This document shows positions 33,140 to 41,415 of a DNA stretch of 59,511 bases, one piece after another (position 1 is the stretch's first letter; each line of letters begins with the position of its first letter). A model generated the notes under the pieces. The model had not been told where the DNA came from. It worked only from the letters and a program-made list of their open reading frames with translations, and did not search any database. The position numbers and the translations under genes are program-made. Origin of the DNA: Deltaproteobacteria bacterium (GTDB lineage: Bacteria > Myxococcota > B64-G9); contig JAUVBB010000001.1 in assembly GCA_030591445.1 (NCBI GenBank), positions 1-59,511 on the forward strand. Reading direction: 5' to 3'.

Positions 33140-34501
33140 TCAGTACCCCTGGTTAATGCCCAGGACGAAATGAACCCGGTCGACTTGTAACGAACCTTCG
33201 TCCAGCCGGCTGCTGCCAAAGGCCAGCATCATGTCAAATGAGACATCGCGAGAATTGTTCGAGCGTAAACCGAAACCCCAACTCAAACGGGTACGATCTA
33301 CCGCAAAGCCCTCAAAATCGGGTCCGAAAACACCACCGGCGCTGACAAACATGTCGGCATCCAGAAAGGCCCAGACCGGAAAACGATAGTCGGCGGTCAC
33401 CACCGCCCCGCTTTGTCCGCGCAAGCGTCCGGCCAAGAAACCACGCAGGTACTCCAAACCACCAAAACTGGTGAGCTCAGTAAAGGGCACCGGTCGCGCA
33501 CCGATTTTACTCACTTGCTCGGCATGCAAGCGCAAACCCAGCACGTGGTTGACGCCGCTCCAATCCCAGAAGCCGGCTAGCTCTCCGCCATAGCGCACAA
33601 AGGCAAGAGACGAATCAGCAGGATCCACGGCCAGGGCGCTTTGCAGTTCCAGCCGCAGCCCAGTCCCCGGGGACCACTGGCGCTGATCACTGCGGCTGTC
33701 GAGCGCCAGTTTCGCCGAAGCCTCGGCCAGTTGGTAGGTTGCGAAACCGGGAACCAGAACCGGGTCGGTCAAGTCGTAGACTTCCTCGATGGATCGACCC
33801 TGTCCGCTGCCAAAGCGCGTTTGCCGGAAGCCTAGCCAAAACGAGACCGTGTTGAGCCCGGATATTTTACTCTCCAAACCGGCGTCGACCGACAAGAGCG
33901 TTTCACGATAACGAGTCAACAGACCCGATCGACCGTCGGGGCCCAGGCCAACTCCGGCAAACAAATGGTCGGGCCGGGTGGTGTACTCAGCCCTGAGAAC
34001 CAGACTGCCGGTGTTGCCGGCAAATACTCCCAACCGATTCTCGGCGGCCAGCCGGATCCACTGGTCCGACCAGAATCCAGCGCGTACGATCAGCTTGTGA
34101 TGGCTAAGCAGCAAGTTCTCCAAATAAGCATAAAAACCCACGTGGGGATTGAGGCCGAACTCGACAAAGGCGGTAGGAAAGAAACCGGCCTGGCCGTCTA
34201 CCCAAGTAAAGAAGCGTTTGAGCCGGGCAAAAACATGGTGCTCTTCCCCCCAATCGACCACCGCCACTAATGGTCCCCGCAACACGCGTTCCACCAAAAC
34301 ATGGGCCGGATGAAACAGGACGCGCGGCACCCAACGCAGCGCCTCGGCCGCGGTGGGCGGTGCCGGTTCGGCTCGCCCGTAGTCCGGCATCGGTCTTTTT
34401 TCAGTCGCCGAGACTGGACCTAGCCAAAGACAGAGGAACAAAACCGGTATTATCGCTGTCCAGCCTCGGCCTGGAGAACGAAACATGATCTTGCCCATCA
34501 A
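33140..34501 (-). CDS. Omp85/D15-family outer-membrane beta-barrel lacking recognisable POTRA domains
   Basis: The signal peptide is AIIPVLFLCLWLGPVSA. The C-terminal region LEYLRGFLAGRLRGQSGAVVTADYRFPV...DADMFVSAGGVF...FVLGINQGY is typical of the bacterial surface antigen barrel. Its ATG overlaps the upstream stop in an ATGA overlap. Confidence 0.7.
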   Translation of the reverse strand: MMGKIMFRSPGRGWTAIIPVLFLCLWLGPVSATEKRPMPDYGRAEPAPPTAAEALRWVPRVLFHPAHVLVERVLRGPLVAVVDWGEEHHVFARLKRFFTWVDGQAGFFPTAFVEFGLNPHVGFYAYLENLLLSHHKLIVRAGFWSDQWIRLAAENRLGVFAGNTGSLVLRAEYTTRPDHLFAGVGLGPDGRSGLLTRYRETLLSVDAGLESKISGLNTVSFWLGFRQTRFGSGQGRSIEEVYDLTDPVLVPGFATYQLAEASAKLALDSRSDQRQWSPGTGLRLELQSALAVDPADSSLAFVRYGGELAGFWDWSGVNHVLGLRLHAEQVSKIGARPVPFTELTSFGGLEYLRGFLAGRLRGQSGAVVTADYRFPVWAFLDADMFVSAGGVFGPDFEGFAVDRTRLSWGFGLRSNNSRDVSFDMMLAFGSSRLDEGSLQVDRVHFVLGINQGY

Positions 34502-35727
34502 GAAGACTGTTCACAATCGGTACAAACCTGATCTGGCTTAAGTGCCCGTCCAGTTGCCAAACGACCGCTCTGATTGAGATTGTAGATTCGGCCGCGCCAG
34601 CGAAGCTCGCGCTTGAATGAAACCATGGCCAAGACCAAGGGCGCCGACAGCAAAACAGCAAAGGCAACCAGGCGGCCAAAACCATGGAGCCGTCCGCCGC
34701 CGATCATCCGATGCAGGCGATGATACGAGAGGCTAACCGCCATGGGCGCCAAGCCGCTTAAGGCGGCGGCCAACCACCAAGACTGTGACCAGGCAATGGC
34801 CGATGCGGCCAAGCCCAACCAAAACACCGCGCCACGCACATAACCATGTATCTTGAACTGCCGGCCAGGCAAACCACTGCGCGAAAAGGTCAACCAGCGG
34901 GCATAGGTGCGCAGAAACTCACCCAGGCCGACGCCATGTTGAATGATGGGCACAGACTGGGGCACCACCCGGTTGTCAAAACCGGCGGCCTGCACCCGGG
35001 CACCGATGTACATGTCATCCACCAGTTGTCCTTCGACACTCTGCAAACCGCCAATGGCTGCAAGCGCCTCGCGCCGAAAGGCCATGAACTGTCCCATGAT
35101 AAAGGGCAGTTTTCCACCACCACTCGCGGCCGCCGCGGCCGCCGCCGGCCCGTAGAGGCCGTTGATCATCATGGCATAGCCGGCATCGCCCAGGGTCTCG
35201 GCGTCGCTGGTCACGACCACCGGGGCAAAGGCAGAGCCCGCCTTCTCATCGGACATTAACGTCTCGACTAGTTGGGCCAGAGATTGGCGACCGGTGCGAA
35301 TGTCCGAATCGGCAAAAACAACAATCTCGCCCTTGGCTTTGGCCAAACCCGCGATCATGGCATGGAGCTTGCCGGTGCGACCCGCCAGCGGTTCACCCGA
35401 AAAGAGAATCGAAGCGCTGCGGTCTATGGATGCTGCCGCCGCGGCGATGGCCTTTTGCGCCAAGGCCAAGGCCGGCTCGGTCTGATTATCAAAAACGAAG
35501 ATCGTCTCCACCGAAGCCGGATAGTCGTTATCCAGAGAAGCCCTCAGGTTCTCCTGGGCACCAACGTCCAGTCCTTTGATGGGACGGATAACCGATACCG
35601 ATGGGTAACGGACGAGGGGGCTGCTGTTTTTCTGCGCGCGCAAAGCGCGGCTGAGTCGAATATGAGATCGAGCGGTTTGCCACAACAAAACCGCCGCCAA
35701 CAGAATCAACAAGATTTCGAAGTACAT
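34498..35727 (-). CDS. GT2-superfamily glycosyltransferase, Glyco_transf_21-like (ceramide glucosyltransferase / HpnI-like)
   Basis: The N-terminal TM segment is MYFEILLILLAAVLLW. VSVIRPIKGLDVGAQENLRASLDNDYP...FVFD, GKLHAMIAGL...VVFADSDIR and MGQFMAFRREAL are present, together with C-terminal TM helices. AGGAG lies 7 nt upstream of ATG 35727. The track ORF starts at 35802. Confidence 0.8.
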   Translation of the reverse strand: MYFEILLILLAAVLLWQTARSHIRLSRALRAQKNSSPLVRYPSVSVIRPIKGLDVGAQENLRASLDNDYPASVETIFVFDNQTEPALALAQKAIAAAAASIDRSASILFSGEPLAGRTGKLHAMIAGLAKAKGEIVVFADSDIRTGRQSLAQLVETLMSDEKAGSAFAPVVVTSDAETLGDAGYAMMINGLYGPAAAAAAASGGGKLPFIMGQFMAFRREALAAIGGLQSVEGQLVDDMYIGARVQAAGFDNRVVPQSVPIIQHGVGLGEFLRTYARWLTFSRSGLPGRQFKIHGYVRGAVFWLGLAASAIAWSQSWWLAAALSGLAPMAVSLSYHRLHRMIGGGRLHGFGRLVAFAVLLSAPLVLAMVSFKRELRWRGRIYNLNQSGRLATGRALKPDQVCTDCEQSS

Positions 35728-35740
35728 GGTTCGGCTCCTT

Positions 35741-36373
35741 TCACCGGGCGGCAACCAACTTCCGGATGGAGGCAAACAGATCGGGAACTTCCCTACCCGC
35801 ATTGGATCGGGCCAGCCACTTAGGCAACCAGCCGGCTAGATCCAATTGGGCTTGAAAACGCAGGCGCGTGGCCTTACCGCTGGCCAGCGGCACAAGTTGC
35901 CAACTGCCATGATGAAAGGGAACACGTACGATGCCGTCTCTTTCTTCTAAACCAAGACTGTTGGCCGTCCGGTACACAATCCACTGATTTTCGCCATCTG
36001 CGCCCCAGGTCACATAGAGAGTAAAATCCCGATCACTGATAATGGGCAGATTCAGATGCTGGTAGACCACAATCCAACCGGGTCCGTTCTTTAGCACTAC
36101 GCTCTCGCTCACCCGGGCAATGTTGCCCTTTTGCGAAGCGTAATCGAGCAGCACTGCCCGCACCAAATCGGGCGGCGCCGCAATTGTGCCTTCGGCGGCC
36201 ACCCGGATATTATCCGAGGTCTTGTGCTTATACACTGTAACCCCGTATTTATAGGCAATCTTTTCAAAACCCACGCCGTTCAAATTCTCGTCCAATGGGG
36301 TGAGCTCGGCGCCAGAAACTGGCAGGACAATCATAAAGACCGTCCATATTATAACCTTCGTTCCTATTCTCAT
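35741..36373 (-). CDS. Exported START/SRPBCC lipid-binding domain protein
   Basis: MRIGTKVIIWTVFMIVLPVSGAE is a signal peptide. START-like blocks are PIISDRDFTLYVTW, VRVPFHHGSWQLVPL..KATRLRFQAQLDLAGWLPKWL. AAGGGGG lies 5 nt upstream of ATG 36373. Confidence 0.75.
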   Translation of the reverse strand: MRIGTKVIIWTVFMIVLPVSGAELTPLDENLNGVGFEKIAYKYGVTVYKHKTSDNIRVAAEGTIAAPPDLVRAVLLDYASQKGNIARVSESVVLKNGPGWIVVYQHLNLPIISDRDFTLYVTWGADGENQWIVYRTANSLGLEERDGIVRVPFHHGSWQLVPLASGKATRLRFQAQLDLAGWLPKWLARSNAGREVPDLFASIRKLVAAR

Positions 36374-36404
36374 GGCGGCCCCCTTTCTCTTGATTTTTGC
36401 TACC

Positions 36405-36420
36405 AGCAATGAGCGTGCCA
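36405..36420 (-). promoter_or_regulatory. Sigma54 (RpoN) -24/-12 promoter of the START operon
   Basis: The minus strand reads TGGCACG-CTCA-TTGCT, an exact match to the consensus TGGCACG-N4-TTGCW. The -12 GC lies ~33 nt upstream of ATG 36373, and the RBS falls in between. Confidence 0.75.
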
Positions 36421-36499
36421 TCAGCATATTTTTCGACATAATCATTGATAACGGCGCATTACAGAAAGTATCCCACTTCAGCACGAACGCCCAGGCTCA

Positions 36500-36543
36500 G
36501 TGACACACCTTACGAGACACTTTATCGAGACAGTACTGAGACA
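36500..36543 (-). promoter_or_regulatory. Four phased direct repeats; candidate enhancer-binding-protein or response-regulator site
   Basis: The plus strand has GTGACA at 36500 and GAGACA at 36514, 36527 and 36538, with spacings of 14, 13 and 11 bp. On the minus strand these read TGTCTC/TGTCAC. They lie 80-125 bp upstream of the sigma54 element. Confidence 0.4.
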
Positions 36544-36547
36544 GGAG

Positions 36548-38962
36548 TCAATCGATAAGACGAATACTGCTGATGCGGGAGGAGACGGCCAAGGATACCG
36601 TTCCCTGCTCTACTTCTAACTGCTCCAGATCGCGTTCGCGGGCATCGCAGCGGTAAGCTTTCTGCACCGAACGCGATGGGCAGCGAAGGCTTACTTGGGT
36701 GCCCTTGGGGGCCGAGCTTGAAAGCCGAACAATGATCCCGGGGCCGCGGTGGGCCGGCTTGACCGCGGTGACCCGCACATCGGCCCGATTGCTTTGAACC
36801 AGGGAAGCAGTCGCCCCTTCTAAATCCGGGGCCGAAGAATCAAGCCAGGCTGGAGACATGACCTGCCGCGCTTGACCCGCAAAATCGCCCGGCGCGCCAT
36901 CCCCGAGCGCGGCAAAACGAACCGCATAGTCAAAGTCATGCTCTTGGTCATCGTGGCCCGCGGCGGGATGCGCTGGAACCGGCAAAAAACCAAAGGCCCG
37001 CTCCCAGGGGGCATAGCGCAACACCATCCACTCCAGCGCTCCGTGGGCCCGTGCTGATACGCTGGCCGGCCGGCCCAACAAAAGCAGGCACTCGCGATCC
37101 CGGCGACGATCTTGCAATTGCACAAAGCTCTGGGCACACCAGAAAGTCGGTCGCGTTAGTTTGTGGGCCGGTCGGGTGATTAGGGCGCCGGGCACATCCA
37201 TGTGCAGCTTGCCCACCGATAACTTGATCGGAAAGCTGCAGGTCACAGTTTGCCGACGCGACGCGGCCCCGCGGGTTCGCATCCGGATGACCGGTGAATC
37301 GGCACGAAACCAGAGCCAACGGGTGGTGGGCTGAAAATCAAGCCGACAATCCACCCGTAGCTCAAGCACATTGCCGCGCTCGGTGGCCTGGATCTCGGCC
37401 TGATTGAGACTGCATCGGTCCCGCTCTCGAAAATGACCACCGCAGTACTCGTGACCCAAACGCCACAAACCGCCGGTGTCGCCGTAGGCAATCATGTCGT
37501 TGGCCGGACCACGCAGATACTCGGTGCTGCCGGAAGCATCCTGAAGACTCACGATGCAGCCACCAAGCCGTTCGTCGAGCACCAGCTGATAGTGAGACGT
37601 GGTCACCAGCCACTTTCCGTCTTGCCGGCGCAGGCTGGGTGGCGCTGCCGGTGCCGGTTTCTTTTCGACGGCAGCGACCGCTTGGCACTGCGAAAGCACA
37701 CCATCGACCAGTGCCAATCCCTCTGCCAACCAGGGTTCTTGCTCTTCGATCACCGTTCGGTCAGGGGAAGTGCCGGTGATAAAATCATGGTGATTGCTCA
37801 ACACGGCCAGATTCCAGGCCGACTCCAGATCCTGCAGGCGCGGGTCCGCCGACTGCTGCCGACCATCAGCCAGCACCAGTTTTTCCGCCAATTGCAGCTT
37901 GTCGGTCAACTCCCGGCAGCGTTGCTTGAGCCCCGGTCGGCTGGCATAGTGGCCCATCCAAAAAGGATTGGGATCGAGGTCCACCGTGGGCAAACACTCA
38001 CGGTGAAAATCAACCAGTCTCAGGTAATCGTCGGCGGCGGCATTGACCACCCAGACGCCGGTATCGGGATAGCGCTTGCGGTTATAGCGATCCAGCAATT
38101 CGATCAATTGCGGCATGGGTCCGTTGAAATCACAACCGATGGGGCAGGACATATAAGGTGTTTTGGCCAAGGGGGCCAGTTGCTTGATCAGGGCGGCAAT
38201 CTGCGCCGCCACATGACGCTCCGTACGCCAGGGAACCCCGAACAACTTGTCCATCCAACGAATCACCCCGCGAGAACCAAGCATGTCTCCCTGAAAATAA
38301 GTAAAAGCGTTCCAATGGCACAAGACTTCGGCCCCGTCGGGCGCCCGCCAGACAAAGTCTAAGGTCTGTAGCTCTTTCAACAGCAACTGCGCACTCGAAC
38401 CTCGCTGGGGAAAACTTTTTTCCGTCCGGTAATCACATCCCACGAAGTGCATGCCATCGATTCGGGTGATGACTGTCTTGTCGAATCCCAGTGCTGATAG
38501 CATTGCCGGTACGCCCGGCGATGAACCGAAATCGTCGGGCAGATAGGCAAGATCCGGTTCGGCCTCGATTCCATTTCGCCGCAGCCATTCCTGGCCCAAC
38601 AGATAATCGCGTAGGATGGACTCGGGGTCGGGCAAATTGGTATCCGGGGTGGTCATGCCGGTGCCGATCAAACGCAGTTGTCCGCTATGGATCAGTTCTC
38701 GCAGTTTCTCTCGCTGGGAGCTTTCTTGCTCGAAAAACTGGACCAAAAAGAAAAGGCTCTCGATCGAAAACACGCGGCGTGGATTTTTTTCTAGCTCGGA
38801 AATCACCCGCAGCATGATGGGCTGGATTTTTCGCCGGTAGTACTCATCCGAGGTATACAGCCAATTGGGATCCCAGTGACTGCTCTCCCCGAAAACGAGC
38901 ACCCGCTCGGCCTCAACAGGAATACCCAGGCGCTGTCGTGTTTCCGACTCTTGCATCTCCAT
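36548..38962 (-). CDS. GH38-like alpha-mannosidase family protein, cytoplasmic
   Basis: The N-terminus VFGESSHWDPNWLYT retains the HxD metal ligands of the GH38 HxHxDxxW block. YLPDDFGSSPGVPAMLSALGFD matches the DxFG block. No signal peptide is present. Length is 804 aa. Confidence 0.65.
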   Translation of the reverse strand: MEMQESETRQRLGIPVEAERVLVFGESSHWDPNWLYTSDEYYRRKIQPIMLRVISELEKNPRRVFSIESLFFLVQFFEQESSQREKLRELIHSGQLRLIGTGMTTPDTNLPDPESILRDYLLGQEWLRRNGIEAEPDLAYLPDDFGSSPGVPAMLSALGFDKTVITRIDGMHFVGCDYRTEKSFPQRGSSAQLLLKELQTLDFVWRAPDGAEVLCHWNAFTYFQGDMLGSRGVIRWMDKLFGVPWRTERHVAAQIAALIKQLAPLAKTPYMSCPIGCDFNGPMPQLIELLDRYNRKRYPDTGVWVVNAAADDYLRLVDFHRECLPTVDLDPNPFWMGHYASRPGLKQRCRELTDKLQLAEKLVLADGRQQSADPRLQDLESAWNLAVLSNHHDFITGTSPDRTVIEEQEPWLAEGLALVDGVLSQCQAVAAVEKKPAPAAPPSLRRQDGKWLVTTSHYQLVLDERLGGCIVSLQDASGSTEYLRGPANDMIAYGDTGGLWRLGHEYCGGHFRERDRCSLNQAEIQATERGNVLELRVDCRLDFQPTTRWLWFRADSPVIRMRTRGAASRRQTVTCSFPIKLSVGKLHMDVPGALITRPAHKLTRPTFWCAQSFVQLQDRRRDRECLLLLGRPASVSARAHGALEWMVLRYAPWERAFGFLPVPAHPAAGHDDQEHDFDYAVRFAALGDGAPGDFAGQARQVMSPAWLDSSAPDLEGATASLVQSNRADVRVTAVKPAHRGPGIIVRLSSSAPKGTQVSLRCPSRSVQKAYRCDARERDLEQLEVEQGTVSLAVSSRISSIRLID

Positions 38963-39085
38963 TGCTTATCACCCTTCTTTTCAAGTTATACATGCCCCAG
39001 TCGATGTCAAAGGCAAAGGATAGGAACTGAAGATAAAAAACGCAAGTGTTTGATAAACTTTCATTTTAACGTCCCCAATTCACTA

Positions 39086-39114
39086 TTGACTCATACATGA
39101 GTTACGGTTATAAT
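39086..39114 (+). promoter_or_regulatory. Near-consensus sigma70 promoter
   Basis: TTGACT (39086-39091), 17 nt of spacer, then TATAAT (39109-39114). It lies ~58 nt upstream of ATG 39173. AAGGAGG is the RBS. Confidence 0.7.
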
Positions 39115-39172
39115 CGCCGAAGCAATAAACGAGCTGTATAAGCCCAGCTCCGATAGTAACAAGGAGGTCAGT

Positions 39173-40990
39173 ATGAATCGTTTTCGCGGAATCCTCTCCT
39201 TGCCTGCCGGAGTTTCGGCAGCAGCGTTCTTGATCGTGTTCTCCATTTATTCTTTCGGCTGCAGCGACAACAAGCTGGTTCGGCTTGAGGGTTCGCTGCT
39301 GGTTAAGATCTTGAACGCGGATTTGTCGGCCGAATCGGTACATGTGGTCGCCCAACAAACGGATGACGGATTTCGCCAAGCGAGCGGCGATATCGGCAGC
39401 CAAGAAACATTGGTGGCCATCAACCATCTGACCCCCGGGCGCTGGTCCACCCAAGTCGTTACCCTTGACCAGCAAGGCGAACAACTGCAGTTCATCGAGG
39501 TGTCGAACATCATCATCAAAGACGGACAGACCACCGAGGTAGTCGTCGATCTGGGTGTCGAGCAAGTTGCCTGCGACGAAAACAGTGCCGCGCCCCTGTG
39601 CTGGGAGTGCCGCGAGGGAGAATGGGCCACGGCCCAGCACGACTCGCGCTGTGCCAATGTTGATTGCAGCGCCTTCGCTTGGTCTGAGATTCGCGGCGAC
39701 AACACGGCCGCGGGCAGCTCTCAGTGCGTCCAAGCCGACGCCCCCGACCTCAGCGAAAATCTCTGTACCGAGGCCGGCCAATGTCTGACAGCCAGTGCCG
39801 AAACCTGTGTCACTACCGAGTTCACCGCCGCCACCGCCGAGCGCTGCCACACCATCGAGTCCTGCGCTAGCGACAATCCGCAAGTTCTTATCTCCGCCGA
39901 CGGCACCGTTTGCGGCATCGACCTGATTTGTCAGAGTGGCGACTGTGTGCCGGTCGAACCCGAATGCACCCTGGCCAGTGAAGCGCCCTTGTGTATGGAA
40001 TGCCAAGAGGGCGAGTGGACGCCCAGTGACGACGACCCGCGCTGCGGAGCTATCGATTGTAGTTCTTTCGAGTGGTACCAACTCAGAGGCATGAACGACG
40101 CCAGTGGCGAATCCGAATGTGTGCACGGTGCCGGCAAAGACATCACCGAGAATCGCTGTCTCGGCCCGGATCAATGCATCAGCGCCAGCGCTGAACTTTG
40201 CCCACTGGAAGAGGTCCTGGTAGCCAAGGCCGGTCTCTGTCACACCATTGATCAATGTACTTCGAGCTCGCCCATGGTAATCCGGTCTCCCGACGATACG
40301 CCCTGTGGCCCGGCCAAGATTTGTCGCCAAGGAATCTGCGTCGATAATCAGGCACCCGAATATGGTTGCGCCGATGACAGCCGCGAAGGTTTTGTCTCCC
40401 TGGACGACTACCCCGCCATCGCCGCCTGTGCCGGCGCCTGGGATATCGGCGGCATTACCCGCCCGGATCTGGCCGCCCAATGCGCCCACAATTCCGGCAA
40501 CGACTCGGCCAACCCAGAAGGCACGGGCTGCAGCGCCGCCGACCTCTGCGCCGCCGGCTGGCATGTCTGTCTCGGCAAAGATGAAGTATCCGCCAAGGCA
40601 CCGAGCGGCTGTGGAGACGCCGTCCCACCAGGCACACCCGACAAGTCCCTTTTCTTTGCCGTAGCCCAAAACTCCCAGGCCGACAGCATTTGCGATCAAA
40701 GCGACCAGGGCAACGACATCTTTGGCTGCGGTAACCTGGGCTCCATCCTGCCCGCCGATAGAAACTGCGGCCCGCTCAACCGGGTCCTGGCCAGCATGCA
40801 CGCCGACAGCTGTGGCTTCAACGAAGCCGAACCACCCTTGGGTCCTTGGCTCTGCTCCGGCGACGCCGACAGCCATCTGCACGAAGGCTCACTGGTGCGC
40901 AAGAGCGGCTGTGGCTCCTCCTCATGCAGCTACGACGGCCACCCCATCAACAACTCCGACAAGGGTGGGGTCCTTTGTTGTCGTAATTAA
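39173..40990 (+). CDS. Cys-rich lipoprotein with an internally duplicated 131-aa module and an uncharacterised Cys-rich C-terminal domain
   Basis: FLIVFSIYSFGC is a lipobox. Module A (from 39599) and module B (from 39992) align as PLCWECREGEW...CQSGDCVP and PLCMECQEGEW...CRQGICVD. The C-terminal domain contains CAAGWHVC. The overlapping 599-aa minus-strand ORF is Gly/Ala-rich antisense noise. Confidence 0.8.
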   Translation: MNRFRGILSLPAGVSAAAFLIVFSIYSFGCSDNKLVRLEGSLLVKILNADLSAESVHVVAQQTDDGFRQASGDIGSQETLVAINHLTPGRWSTQVVTLDQQGEQLQFIEVSNIIIKDGQTTEVVVDLGVEQVACDENSAAPLCWECREGEWATAQHDSRCANVDCSAFAWSEIRGDNTAAGSSQCVQADAPDLSENLCTEAGQCLTASAETCVTTEFTAATAERCHTIESCASDNPQVLISADGTVCGIDLICQSGDCVPVEPECTLASEAPLCMECQEGEWTPSDDDPRCGAIDCSSFEWYQLRGMNDASGESECVHGAGKDITENRCLGPDQCISASAELCPLEEVLVAKAGLCHTIDQCTSSSPMVIRSPDDTPCGPAKICRQGICVDNQAPEYGCADDSREGFVSLDDYPAIAACAGAWDIGGITRPDLAAQCAHNSGNDSANPEGTGCSAADLCAAGWHVCLGKDEVSAKAPSGCGDAVPPGTPDKSLFFAVAQNSQADSICDQSDQGNDIFGCGNLGSILPADRNCGPLNRVLASMHADSCGFNEAEPPLGPWLCSGDADSHLHEGSLVRKSGCGSSSCSYDGHPINNSDKGGVLCCRN

Positions 40991-41415
40991 TTTGAACGGA
41001 TATTGATGGTACCGGTAACTTCGGCGCGCTTGAGGATTCTCAGGGCGCATGAGGTCAAGGCGAGGTTTTCCGGTTGATAGCGGGTGGCACGAAAATAGTG
41101 GACACCCTTGCCGGGCGTGAATTTGGCTACCGGATCGTCTTCCTTCGGTTTTTCAGAATGAATCCAGCTATGGCGAAACAAGGAAGGATCCCGTCGATCT
41201 TCCATGACCACTTTGCGGTTGATTTTTTTGCTGGGCAAATTCGGAATCTCCGACCAAACCGGACCGTCGTTCGCCATATAAAGGTTGACGCCACTGCCGG
41301 GGACAAACTCAAAAATCAAGTTTTGATTGCGACCCACACGGGAAAAGATCTCCAGGGCAGATTTCAACAAGATCTTTTCGCTTCCATTCTTTTCGGTCAA
41401 GATTTGAGCGTACAT
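40987..41415 (-). CDS. Hypothetical protein (142 aa), no family recognised
   Basis: This is an intact ORF in an AT-richer stretch. Its stop codon overlaps the stop of the convergent lipoprotein gene within TTAA at 40987-40990. No motif was recognised. Confidence 0.5.
   Translation of the reverse strand: MYAQILTEKNGSEKILLKSALEIFSRVGRNQNLIFEFVPGSGVNLYMANDGPVWSEIPNLPSKKINRKVVMEDRRDPSLFRHSWIHSEKPKEDDPVAKFTPGKGVHYFRATRYQPENLALTSCALRILKRAEVTGTINIRSN

Noticed and set aside
38963-39085. Sigma70-like promoter for the GH38 gene on the minus strand (TTGACA ... TATAAC)
   Set aside because: The spacer is only about 14 nt, and the extended -10 reading is ambiguous, so I do not consider it supportable.
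39083-40882. 599-aa minus-strand ORF covering the Cys-rich lipoprotein locus
   Set aside because: The translation is a Gly/Ala/Val-rich low-complexity sequence with no motifs, which is typical of an antisense shadow ORF in GC-rich coding DNA. The plus-strand ORF has a lipobox, a strong promoter and RBS, and an internal module duplication.
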